This document shows, piece by piece, positions 1 through 12,600 of a DNA stretch of 64,000 bases. The stretch comes from Sphyrna mokarran (Eukaryota). The notes under the pieces were generated by a model that had not been told where the DNA came from, ran no database searches, and was given only the letters and a program-made list of their open reading frames with translations. The translations under genes were made by a program, and so were the position numbers. The DNA is taken from positions 8,308,001-8,372,000 of the forward strand of contig JAGIQG010000006.1 of NCBI GenBank assembly GCA_024679065.1, given 5' to 3'. The first letter of the stretch is position 1, and every line of letters begins with the position of its first letter.

Positions 1-46
1 TTTACGACCAGATATAGAGCCTTTAATTCTATGGTTTTACTATTTA

Positions 47-1828
47 GAACATAGAACATAGAACACTACAGCACAAACTGGCCCTTCGGCCCACAAGTTG
101 TGCCGAACACATCAAAACCTACCCAGCCATAGACCTATCTATAACCCCCAATCCCATTGGATCCCATATACTCATCCAGAAGTCTTTTAAAAGACCCCAG
201 CGAGTTCGCCTCGACCACCACCGACGGCAGCCGATTCCATTCACTCACCACCCTCTGAGTGAAAAACTTTCCCCTAGCATCCCCTCTGTACTTGCTTCCC
301 TGCACCTTAAATCTGTGCCCTCTCGTCGCGACCATTTCAGCCCTGGGAAATAGTCTCTGAGAGTCCACCCTATCTATTCCTCTCAACATCTTGTAAACCT
401 CTATCAGGTCGCCTCTCAACCTTCGTCTCTCCAGGGAGAACAGTCCCAGCTCCCTCAACCTGTCTTCATAAGGCATGCCTCCCAATCCAGGCAACATCCT
501 TGTAAATCTCCTCTGCACCCTTTCAATAGCTTCCACGTCCTTCCTATAGTGAGGCGACCAGAACTGCGCACAGTACTCCAAGTGTGGTCTGACAAGGGTC
601 CTATAAAGCTGCAGTATTACCTCCTGACTCCTGAACTCAATCTCTCGATGAATGAAGACCAGTACACCATAAGCTTTCTTAACCACATCCTCCACCTGGG
701 AGGCCGATTTGAGAGTCTTATGGACCCGGACCCCAAGATCCCTCTGCTCTTCCACACAGCTAAAACTCCTACCTTTGATAGTGTACTCATTCATCCCGTT
801 GGATCTGCCAAAATGGACCACAACACATTTATCCGCGTTGAAGTCCATCTGCCACTTCTCCGCCCAGTCTTGCATCCTGTCGATGTCATGCTGCAACTTC
901 TGACATCCCTCCAGACCATCCACAACACCACCGACCTTCGTGTCATCGGCGAACTTACTCACCCATCCCTCCACTTCCTCATCCAGGTCATTTATGAAAA
1001 TGACAAACAGCAAGGGTCCTAGAACAGATCCCTGGGGCACTCCACTGGTGACCGACCTCCATGCAGAAAAAGAGCCATCCACAACCACCCTCTGCCTTCT
1101 GCAGGCAAGCCAGTTCTGGATCCACAAGGCCAAAGCCCCTTGGATCCCATGGCCTCTCACCTTCTCAAGAAGTCTTGCATGTGGGACCTTGTCAAATGCC
1201 TTGCTGAAGTCCATGTACACCACGTCCACTGCTCTTCCTTCGTCAATATGTTCAGTCACATTTTCAAAGAACTCAATTAAGCTCGTAAGGCACGACCTGC
1301 CTTTTACAAAACCATGTTGACTATTTCTAATCAACCTAAACTTCTCCAAATGCTCGTAAATCTTGTCCCTCAGAAGACTCTCCATCAGCTTACCAACCAC
1401 TGAGGTCAGACTCACCGGTCGGTAATTTCCAGGACTATCCCTGTTCCCTTTCTTGAAAATAGGGACCACATCCGCAATCCTCCAATCCTCCGGAACCTCT
1501 CCCGTCTCCATCGACGACGCAAAGATCATCGCCAGGGGCTCTGCAATGACATCCCTCACCTCCCACAATAACCTGGGGTACATCCCATCTGGTCCCGGAG
1601 ACTTGTCTATCTTGATAGCATTTAAAAGTTCTAACACATCCGCTTCCTTAATATCTACATACTCAATCTTTTCAGTCTGCCGCAAACTTGTAGTGCATCC
1701 TCCCAGATCACTTTCCACTATGAATACTGAGGCAAAGTACTCATTAAGCACCTCTGCCATTTCTTCCAGTTCCATACAGACATTTCCCCCTTCACCTTTT
1801 ATAGGTCCTATCCCTTCTCTTCTCATCC
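47..1828 (-). mobile_element. CR1/HER1-type LINE, 5'-truncated, with an uninterrupted 563-codon RT ORF (135-1826)
   Basis: ORF has [39 protein letters not shown] and FADD RT motifs; 3' UTR stem (ggcccttcggccc) and (ATAGAAC)n tail at ~47-64. Confidence 0.95.
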
Positions 1829-1903
1829 TTATTTTTGAAAACTCTGTACATATTTGCTGGTGAACTCTTTATTTTGAACACTCTGTTTCTCTGAGTATCA
1901 TTA

Positions 1904-4632
1904 TAGAATCATAGAATCATAGAAAATCTACAGCACAAACAGGCCCTTTAGCTCATAAGTTGCACCAATCATATCTCTACCTTCTAGGCTTAACTATAAC
2001 CCTCAATCCTATTAAATCCCATGTACTCATTCAGAAGTCTCTTCAAAGATGCTATCAAATTTGCCTCCACTACACCGACGGCAGCCGATTCCATTCAATC
2101 ACCACCTTCTGAGTGAAAAACTTACCTCTAACATCTCCTCTGTATCTACTTCCCAGCACCTTAAACCTGTGTCTTCTTGTGGCAGCCATTTCAGCCCTGG
2201 GGAAAAGTCACTGAGAATCCACCTGATCAATATCTCTCATCATCTTATCAACCTCTATCAAGTCACCTCTCATCTTCATCTCTCCAAGGAGAAAAGACTG
2301 AGCTATCTCAACCTATCCTCAGAAAGCATGCTACCCAATCCAGGCAAAATCCTTGTAAATCTCCTCTGCCCCCTTTCTATGGCTTCTACATCCTTCCAAT
2401 AATGAGGCGACCAGAACTGCACACAGTACTCCAAGTGGGGTCTGACCAGGGTCTTATATAGCTGCAGCACTATCTCCCGACTTCTAAGCTCAATTCCTCG
2501 ATTATGGAGGCCAGTACACCATACGCCTTCTTAACCACATCCTCTACATGCAAAGCTAATTTGAGAGTCCTATGAATCTGGACCCCAAGATCTTCCTGAT
2601 CTTCCACACTGCTAAGAGTCTTACCCTTAATATTATATTTCTTCATCCCATTGCATCTGCCAAAATGGACCATTACACATTTATCTGGGTTGAAGTCCAT
2701 CTGCCACTTCTCCACCCAGTCTTGCATCCCATCTATGTCTCACTGCAACTTCTAACATCCCTCCAAACTATCCACAACACCTCCGATGTTCGTGTCATCG
2801 GTGAACTTCCCAAACTATCCCTCCACTTCCTCATCCAGGTCATTTACAAAAATCACCAACAGCAAGGGTCCTAGAACAGATCCGTGGGGCACCCCACTGG
2901 TGACTGACTTCCATGAAGAAAAAGACCCATCTACAAACGGTCTCTGCCTTCTGCGGGCAAGCCAGTTCTGAATCCACAAGACAACAGCCCCTCGGATCCC
3001 ATGCCCCCTCACTTTCTCAATGCGCCTTGCATGGGGGACCTTATCGAATGTCTTGCTGAAGTCCATATAAACCACATCCACTGCTCTTTCTTCATCAATG
3101 CGTTTAGTCACATTTTCAAAAAACTCAACCAGGCTCGTAAGGCACGATCTGCCTTTAGCAGAGCCGTGCTGACTAATTTTGATCATACTATACTTCTTTA
3201 AATGTTCATAAATTCTGTCTCTCAGGATTTTTGCCATCAACTTACCAACCACTGAGGTTAAACTCACCGGTCGATAATTTCCTGGGCTATTTCTACTCCC
3301 TTTCTTGAAGAAAGGAACCATATCCACAATCCTCCAATCCTCCGAAACCTCTCCGGTCGCCATCGATGACACAAAGATACAAAGAACAAAGAGCAACACA
3401 GCACGGGAAACAGGCCCTTAGGCCCAACAAGCCCGCGCCGCCGAGGCTCATCGTCCGAGGCTCTGCAATCTCTTCCCTCGCCTCCAACAGTAAACTGGGG
3501 TACATTCCATCCAGTCCCGGCGATTTATCTAACTTGATGCTTTTCAACAGCTCCAACACATCCTTTTTTTTAATGTCAACATACTCAAGTTTTCAGTCTG
3601 TTGCAAGCCTGCACTATAATCACCCAGATCCTTTTCCACTGTGAATACTGAAGTAAAGTATTCATTGAGCACCTCTACTATTTCTACTGTTTCTATACAA
3701 ACTTTCCCACCATCAACTTTTATAGGTCTTATTCCTTCAGACCTTATCCTTTTACTCTTCATGTACTTGTACCTTAGGCTTTTCCTTAATCTTACCTGCC
3801 AAAGGTCTTCTCATGACCCCTTCTGGCTCTCCTAATTTCTTTCTTAAGCTCCTTCCTAGAAGTTGTATATTCCTCCAGATCCCTAACATTACCTAGCTCT
3901 CTGAACCTTTTGTACACTTTTCTTTTTGACTAGATTCATTATAACTTTTGTGCACCACAGTTTCTGTAACCTACCATAACTTCCCTGTCTCATTAGAATG
4001 TTATCGTGCAGAATTCCAGACAAACATTCCTTGAAAATCTGCCACATTACTTCTGTATGTTTTCCCGAGAAAACCTTCTTCCAATTTATTCTTCTAATTC
4101 CCTGCCTGATGGCTTCATATTTCCCCTTACTCCAGATGAATACTTTCCTAGCCTGCCTGATCCTATCCCTCTCCAATGCAAATGTAAAGGAGATAGAATT
4201 ATGACCACTATTCCCAAAATATCCTTCCACTGAGAGATCTGACACCTGTCCAGGTTCATTACCCAATACCAGATTGAGTGCAGCCTCTCCTCTTGTAGGC
4301 TTATCCACGTACTGTGTCAGGAAACCCTCCTGAACACACCTAACAAATTCCTCCCCATCCAAACCCCTTACCCTAGGGATATTCCAATCGATATTTGGGA
4401 AATTAAAGTCTCCCATCACAACAACTCTGTTATTATTACACTTCTCTGGGATCTATTTCCCTATCTGCTCCTCAACCTCCCTGTTACTATTGTGCGGCCG
4501 CAAGTAAAGACCCCTTCCTGTTCCGAACGTCCACCCACAGAGACTCTGTAGACAATCCCTTCACAGCATCCACCTTCTCTACAGCTGTGACACTATCCCT
4601 GATGAACAGTGTCACTCACCCGCCTCTTCTGC
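1904..4632 (-). mobile_element. Degenerate CR1 LINE (C-terminal APE endonuclease plus RT, frameshifted)
   Basis: ORF fragments 3889-4419 (GDFNFPNIDW, endonuclease), 3544-3762, 2815-3399, 2470-2727; (ATAGAATC)n tail at ~1904-1924. Confidence 0.93.
3378..3445 (-). mobile_element. ~70-bp 3'-end-only CR1 insertion nested in the RT region of the previous LINE
   Basis: acaaagaacaaagagcaacacagcacgggaaacaggccc...gcccgcgccgccg is the reverse complement of the 3' ends at 9345-9415 and 22095-22150 and interrupts the host ORF. Confidence 0.85.
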
Positions 4633-4823
4633 CTCATAAAGTCATACAGTGCAGAAAAAGCCTTTTTTCTTATCGTATCTGTACCTATAATAATCACCAC
4701 TAAAGGCACATGAATCCCATTTTCCAGTAATTATCCCATATCCTTGAATGTTATGGTGTTTCAAGTCTCGTCCAAATGCTTTTTAAAGATTCTAAGATTT
4801 CCGGCCTCCACTACCTTCCCAGT

Positions 4824-7250
4824 CATAAAGTCGTAGAGGTTTACAGCATGAAAACAAGCCCTTCGGCCCAACTAGTCTAGGATGCCCAGTTTCTTAATCC
4901 CTAAGCTAATCCCAGTTGTCCGCGTTTGACCCATATCCCTTTACACCCGTCTTACCCATGCAACTGTTTAAATGCTTTTTAAAAGATCCGCCTCCACTAC
5001 TATCACTGGCAGCTTGTTCCAGACACTCACCACCCTCCGTGTGAAAAATTGTCCCTCTGGACTCTTTTATATCTCTCCCCTCTCACATTAAACTTTATGC
5101 CCTCTAGTTTTAGATTCCCCTATCTTTGGGAAAAAATGTTGACATTCATGCTCCTCATTATTTTATAGACCTCTAAAATCTATAAAATTTTATTATATTA
5201 ATAATAAATAAATAAATAAATTAATTAATTAGGGGTAATTAAGCTTCCTATGCTCCAGGGAAACATAGAACATAGAACAATACAGCACAAACAGGCCCTT
5301 CGGCCCACGAGTTGCGCCAATCACATCTACCAATCCACAGACCTATCTATAACCCCCTATCCTATTCATTTCCATATACTCATCCAGAAGTCTCTTAAAA
5401 GACCCCAGTGAGTTTGCCTCAACAACCTCCGACGGCAGTCGGTTCCATTCACTCACCACCCTCTGAGTGAAAAACCTACCCTGACATCTCCTTTGTATTT
5501 GCTTCCCTGCACCTTAAATCTGTGTCCTCTTGTAGTGACCATTTCAGCTCGGGGAAATAGTCTCTGAGAGTCCACCCTATCTATTCCTTATATGCCTCTT
5601 AACCTACGTCGCTCCAGTAAGAAGAGTCCCAGCTCCCTCAACCTATCTTCATAAGGCCTGCCTCCCAATCCAGGCAGCATCCTTGTAAATCTCCTCTGAA
5701 CTCTCTCAATAGCCTCTACATCCTTCTTATAATGAGGCAACCAGAACTGCACACATACTCCAACTGGGATCTGACAAGAGTCTTATAGAGCTGCATCATT
5801 ACCTCCTGACTCCTGAACTCTATTCCTCGATTAATGAAGGCCAGTACACCGTACGCCTTCTTGACCGCTTCCTCCACCTGCGAGGCCGATTTAAGAGTCC
5901 TATGGACCTGGACCCCGAGATCCTTCTGCTCTACAACACTGCTAAGACTCCTACCTCTTATATTGTACTCCTTCATCCCATTATTCCTGCCAAAATGGAC
6001 GACTACACATTTATCTGCGTTGAAGTCCATCTGCCATTTCTCTGCCCAGTCTTGCAGCCTGTCTATGTCCCAAACAAGTTTCAGTTTATCCAACCTCTCC
6101 TTGTAACTCAAACCATCAAGTCATGGCAGTATCCTAGTAAATCGCCCCTGCATTCTTTCTAGTTTAATAATTTCCTTTCTATAATAGGATGAACAGAACT
6201 TTACACGGTATTCCAAGTCTGACCTTACCAATGTCTTGTACAACTTCAACAAAATGTCCCAATTCCTATATTCAATGTTCTGACCAAAGAAATCAAGCAT
6301 GCCAAATACCTTCTTCACTACCCTATCCACCTGTGACTCCACTTTTAAGGAGCTATGAACCTGTATCCTTGGATCTCTTTGTTCTATAATTCTTCCAACA
6401 CTCTACCATTAACTGAGTAAGTCTTCCCCTGGTTCGACCTACCAAAGTGCATCACACTCGCATTTATCTAATTTAAACTCCATTCATCAGTCCATTGGCC
6501 CAATTGATCAAGATCCCATTGCAATCTTAGATAACCTTCACTACCCATTATGCCACCAATCTTGGTGTCATCTGCAAACTTACTAACCATGCCTACTAAA
6601 TTCTAATCCAAATCATTAACATAAATGATAAATAACAGTGGACCCAGCACCAATCCCTGAGGCATAGGCCTCCAGTTTGAAAAACAACCCTCTACAACTG
6701 CTTTCGGTAATCAAGCCAATTTTGTATCCATTTAGATTCCTCATCCTGAATCCCCGTGAGATTCAATCTTATGCAACAATCTACCATGCAGTACCTTGTT
6801 AAAGGCCTTGCTAAAGTTTATGTAGACAACATCAACTGCATTGCCCTCATCTACCTTCTTGTTTACCCTTTCAAAAAATTCAATCAAATTTGTGTGATAT
6901 GATTTTCCACTCACAAAGCCATGCTGACTGTCCCTAATCAGTCTTTGCCTCTCTAAATCCCTGTAAATCCTGCCTCTCAAAATACCTTCCAACAACTTAC
7001 CCACTCACTGGCCTGTAGTTCCCAGGCTTTTCCCTGCAGCCCTTTTTAGACAAAGGCACAACATTTGCCACTCTCCAATCTTCAGGTACCTCATCTGTGA
7101 CTATCGATGATTCAAATATCTCTGCTAGGGGACCTGCAATTTCCGCCCTCGCCTCCCATAATGTCCTAGGATACACTTCATCAGGTTCTGGGGATTTATT
7201 TACCTTGATGCACCTTAAGGCTTCCAGCACCTCCTTCTCTCCAATATGTA
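4824..7250 (-). mobile_element. Degenerate CR1 LINE interrupted by a nested CR1 at 5263-6069
   Basis: RT fragments 6997-7250, 6741-7004, 6121-6342; host sequence ...ctccagggaaaca|aaacaagtttcag... resumes after the insert. Confidence 0.88.
5263..6069 (-). mobile_element. Nested 5'-truncated CR1 3' fragment
   Basis: DIDRLQDWAEKWQMDFNADKC... RT C-terminus; own (ATAGAAC)n tail at 5263-5280. Confidence 0.88.
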
Positions 7251-7254
7251 CACG

Positions 7255-9415
7255 GGAGAGGGGCCTGATGTCTGGTGCCGGCTTTGAGAAATTTGAGGAC
7301 CCGTTAAAGGAAATAATCATTACGAGGGAAGAGGTGTTGGGGCTTTTAGGCAGCATAAAGACTTATAAAGCTCCGAGGCCTGATGGCATTTACCCCAAGC
7401 TGCTAAGGGAGGTGAGAGATGACATTGCTGGGCCTCTGACGCAAATCTTTGTCTCTTCTTTGGACACAGGTGAGGTGTCAGAGGACTGGAGGATAGCAAA
7501 TGTAGTACCGTTGTTTAAAAAGGGACAAAGGGATAACCCAGGGAACTATAGGCCGGTGAGCTTGACTTCAGTTATAGGTAAGCTAATGGAGAGGATCCTC
7601 AGGGGCAGGATGTATGAGCATCTGGAGCGCTGCGATCTGATCAGGGATACGCAGCGTGGCTTCGTTAAAGGGAGGTCGTGCCTTACGAATCTAGTGGAAT
7701 TTTTTGAAGAGGTGACAAAAACGGTTGATGAAGGACAAGCCATTGATGTCGTCTACATGGATTTCAGTAAGGCATTTGACAAGGTTCCTCATGGTAGGCT
7801 GATAAAAAAGGTGAAGGCGCATGGTATACAGGGCCAGGTATGTAGATGGGTTGAGAACTGGCTTGGGAGGAGGAGACAGCAGGTAGTAGTGGAAGGCTCT
7901 TTTTCCAACTGGAGGTCTGTCACTAGTGGTGTGCCACAGGGCTCTGTACTAGGACCCCTTCTATTTGTGTGTATATAAATGACTTGGAAGAGGGGGTAGG
8001 TGGTGTGATCAGCAAATTTGCTGATGACACTAAGATGCTTGGATTGGCGGGTACTGAGGAGCAGTGCCAGGCAATATAACAGGACATAGATAGGCTGGTA
8101 GATTGGGCAGATAGATGGCAAATGGAATTTAATCCGGATAAATGCGAGGTGATGCATTTTGGCCGGAATAATGTAGAGGGGAGTTATAGGATAAAAGGTA
8201 AACCTATCCGGAGTATAGAGAAGCAGAGAGACCTGGGGGTGCATGTTCACAAGTCTCTGAAAGTGTCAGTACAGGTGAAGAATGTGATAAAGAAAGCGTA
8301 TGGTATGTTAGCCTTCATAGGAAGGGGTATAGAATACAAGAGTAGAAGTCTGATGTTGCAGGTGTATAGAACGTTGGTTAGGCCACATCTGGAGTACTGC
8401 ATCCAGTTCTGGTCGCCGTACTACAGGAAGGATGTAGAGGCCCTGGAGAGAGTGCAGAGGAGATTTACCAGAATGCTGCCTGGTATGGAAGGGCTGTCTT
8501 ACGAGGAAAGATTGAAAACACTGGGATTGTTTTCCCTTGAAAGACGTCGGCTGAGAGGGGATCTTTTAGAGGTATATAAGATTATGAGGGGTATAGATAG
8601 AGTAAATGGTGGTAAGCTTTTTTCCACCATTAAAAATGGATAGAACGAGGGGTCACGGGCTCAGGGTGAGGGGGGCTATGTATAAGACGAATATTAGAGG
8701 CCAGTTTTTCACACAAAGGGTAGTGGGGGTGTGGAATGCACTGCCGAGTAAGGCGGTGGGAGCAGGCACGCTAGGGTTGTTTAAGGGTCTCTTGGACAGC
8801 CACATGAGCGGTCTGCAGATAGAGGGATATAGTAGGACTGTCTAAATATCGGGAGCTTTGGGACGACCAAATAGTATTAGAATATCTTTCAGTTTTGTCT
8901 TAGGGATTTCTATCCCTGAGTTTTTCGCATGTTTAATTAAGTCTTATTTGTTATCCACAGGCAATTCGGTCCACCTTGACCAACAAGGTGCATGCACTTG
9001 GCAGGTCGTGCGAGGGCTGCTCTTGGATGTTGCTTCAGGAGTGGCCTAGTGCTTCACGTCATCAGTGTATGCTTAAACTGGACCATCTGATGGGCAACAT
9101 GACAGCTCAGAGACTATCGCTGTTACTGTGCAGACACATGGATTTGGGCCTGTGTCTGCGGGAGTTTGCGCGTTCTCCCCGTGGTTGCGTGGGTTTTCTC
9201 CGGGTGCTCCGGTTTCTCCCACATCCCAAAAATGTGCTCTTAGGCTGATTGGGTAATAAATTGTCCCTATATTGGTCCCTATATGGGAATCTTCCACAAT
9301 AGGCATAGCCTAAGGTCATGGTTATGTCATTAAGACGTTAGGACGGCGGCACGGGCTCGTTGGGCCGAAGGGCCTGTTTCCTGTGCTGCGTTGCTCTTTG
9401 TTCTTTGTTCTTTGT
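7255..9415 (+). mobile_element. CR1 LINE, 5'-truncated, with an extended 3' UTR containing a V-SINE/HE1-like core
   Basis: RT ORF pieces ~7290-7978, 8122-8643, 8606-8845; SINE core ttctccccgtggttgcgtgggttttctccgggtgctccggtttctcccac at ~9175-9225; (TTCTTTG)n tail at ~9395-9415. Confidence 0.92.
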
Positions 9416-9556
9416 TGTTCTCAAGATATCACTATTTATTTCCCCAAGTTTCCAAATCTTTCATGTTAACCATGAAGAACCATGGCCCCGGCACTCAGCC
9501 TGAGCCGCCACACTTTGTTTTCTGTTTTGCAGTCGCTGGTAGATTTATCTCCTTAC

Positions 9557-9625
9557 CTTTCTCTTGTTGAGACCTTGTGAAGTTTATAACCGCGTAATCT
9601 AGATTATTTCCAGCTCCTTGCAAAT
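9557..9625 (-). CDS. Gene A cytoplasmic exon 3 (69 nt) with ITIM: (D)LQGAGNNLDYAVINFTRSQQEK
   Basis: Long polypyrimidine tract ...ttattcctttggtag| acceptor and |gtaagg donor; LDYAVI fits ITIM (S/I/V/L)xYxx(I/V/L). Confidence 0.88.
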
Positions 9626-12600
9626 CTACCAAAGGAATAAAAGTAGAAGAAAAGATGGATGTTTATTCATGGAGAAGTATGGATGAAGTTAGGACAGTTT
9701 AAAACTCCTAAGCCAGGATGAAATAACTATGAAAGAATGTGGTGAATTACAATTTGTGATTGAGGATCAAACATGGCTCTTATAAACCTTTTATTATTGA
9801 AGTCTCTTCACATCTCCTGATTGGATTTGTCACTGACAATCTCACAATGCACCCGCATTCTGGTCTCCCCCACAAAATTAGCTAGAATAAATGCTGGCCC
9901 AGTTGATGACGCCCACATTCCTGAATAAATTAAAATAAAAAGGAATGACAGGAACTGAAGAAAAAACAAGCTTTGGACCAATCAAGGACATGAAGCATTG
10001 ACTGCTGAGTGAATTTGGGCAGTATTTTTGGTATCATATTTTGAACAGTAAATTGGTAAAGTATCCATCCATTGTACACGCCAGGAAGGCTGAGGTCAAT
10101 CCTTATTATTGACTCAAGATATTCCTGAATCAGCAACGAAGGCATGTAAACGGAATTAAAATACTAACCAGCCATGAATAGCCTTGAGGGGCTGAATGGC
10201 CTCCTCCTGTTCTCACATAGGGGAGCTATTTTAATTTGCATTATTGCAGATAAAGTGCAGCGACACAGTCTGACTTCTGTCTGGTATTTGTGGGTAAAAA
10301 TCCTGGAACTCCCTCCCTAGCAGCATTGTGGATGTATCTACACTGCACAGATTGCAGTAGTTCAGCATGGCAGCTCACCACCTCCTCCTCAAGGGACAAT
10401 TAGAGATGGGCAATAAATGCCAGCGATGCCCTTGTTCAGCGAAAGAATAACTTAAAAACCATGACCTATCACAGGCTTTTCATTTCCTCCCAAAGATGTG
10501 TGGGTTAGGTGGATTGGCCAGGCTAAATTGCCCCTTAGTGTCAGGATAAATGCATAGGATTATGGGGATAGGGCCTGGGTAGGATTGTGGTCAGTGCAGA
10601 CTGGATGGGCCGAATGAACTCTATGATTTTGTTCTTGCTCCTTACCCTTCTCCGTCTGTAACTTTTCCCCATCCTAATGAAAGGTCCTTGAGCTGAAATG
10701 TGAACTCTTGTCTTCAATCTCTGTTTCTGTTGATGCTATCTGACTGTTGGATATTTCTCGCATTTTCTTTTCTTTATTTTAAGCTTATAGTTTGTACTTT
10801 GAAGAATGTTCTCAATGCAAAGTGAGTTGTTTCTATACCTGTTTCCGCTTGCTGTGACGCTGGACCAATGGCACTGTAAACAGGAATCTCTCCAACTCCC
10901 TGTGGATCTGTCAAAGATACAGAAATGTCACAGAGTCAAGTGCTCTTCCCAATACTTTTTAAAGGTTGTAAGGTTTCTGGTGTCCACAACCTTCCCAGGC
11001 AGCACATTCCAGATTCTCACCACTCTCTGAGTGACAACATACAGCCCAACTATACAACAGGACTGTAGCCATGTTTCACCTCTGCAGCTCACCCCGGTTC
11101 CTACACTCCTCCAAGCCTGTCCTCTTGCATTCCCCAGTTTTCACCATTCACTATTGTCATCCATGGCAGCAGGCCTTTGTGCGTACAGTAGCATGGTGGT
11201 TATGTTACTGGACTAGCAATCCAAACTTTGGGATGAAGGAGTTCGAAGGCCTCTGTGGAATTTGAATTTAGTTAATTAAATACATCTGAAATTACAAAGC
11301 TAGTATCAGTAATAGTGGCCAGGAACTCCTGACTTCTTGTTAAAAACCCATCTGGTTCTCTAATGCCTTTAGAGAAGGAAATCTGTTGTCTTTACCTGGT
11401 CTGGTCTACATGTGACTCCAGAGCCACCGCAATGAGTTGACACTCAACTGCCTCCTGAAATGACACACAGTTTCAAGGGCAACTAGGGATGGGCAACAAA
11501 TGCTGTCCAGCAGCATTGCCCACGTCCCACAATTGAATAAAGAAAAAAATACGAACAAATGTCAACAAACGATGACCTTGTGACCCCACTTCCCATAGAA
11601 GAATGCCATGGAAGGATATTATTTGTGCGGTCACAACTAAAAAGCAGCTCCTCTCGGACAACTAAGGAAGACAATAAATGCTGGATACTTCTAGCATTTT
11701 CTAATTTTATTTTAAGCTTATCATAGAATTATAGAATATACAGTTCAGAAGGAGGCCATTCGGCCCATCGAGCCTGCACTGACAACAATCCCAAACAGGT
11801 CCTGCCCCATAACCCCATATATTTATTCTGCTAATCCCCTTGGACACCGAGGGCCAATTTTGCATGGACCATCTACCTTCTCCGCACCTTTTTGGACTGT
11901 GGGAACACACAGAGGAAACCCACGCAGACACGCAAACTCCATACAGTCACCCGAGGCCAGAATTGAACACAAGTCACTGTGCCACCATGTGGTCTCAAGG
12001 CTTGTACTTTGAAGAATGTTCTCAATGCAAAATGAGTTGTCTCTATACCTGTCTCTGCTTGCTGTGACGCTGGATTAACAGCACTATTAACAGGAATCCC
12101 TCCAACTCCTCGTGGATCTGTCAAAGATATGGAAATGTAAAATGGGATTCTTACAGAAATCAAAAGGAAATCAGGCATGCAGGATTTTTAACAGCCCAGT
12201 GCTTCACAGCACATGAATGAATTAAAAAAAAACTGGTGACCTAATACTCTCGAGTTCCCTCCCTAAACCTCGCAATCTCTCCTCAGCTATCCCCTCCTTT
12301 ATTAAATTCTTTCAAACATACCCTCTGACCAAGGCACTATTAGTTATATCATGTGGCGTAGTTTCCAATACTGTTAGATAATCGCTCCTGTGTTCTTATG
12401 TTAAAGCTGTAATATAAATACAAACTGTTGTTCGATGGAGGAGGAGTATGTGTATCTTTAGGTGGGAATTGTGGAACAGAATCAACAGAAAAAGAGCTGG
12501 AGAGGGTCAAAGCGCAAAGTGAAGGGCTTGAGAGCTCTGCAGAAAGAGCAAAATGAGGAAGATACAAGGCTCTGAAAACCAACCATTGGAAGGAACAATG

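Noticed and set aside
47-64. Short repeat arrays such as (ATAGAAC)n as CRISPR-like or regulatory arrays
   Set aside because: They are CR1 3' microsatellite tails; eukaryotic DNA with no spacers
549-1863. Plus-strand ORFs (549-1022, 940-1320, 1453-1863 and similar ones elsewhere)
   Set aside because: Antisense frames of CR1 RT sequence
7097-7978. 293-aa ORF as a novel RT fusion protein
   Set aside because: Its N-terminus is the antisense of the neighbouring minus-strand CR1 running into the + strand CR1; a chance junction
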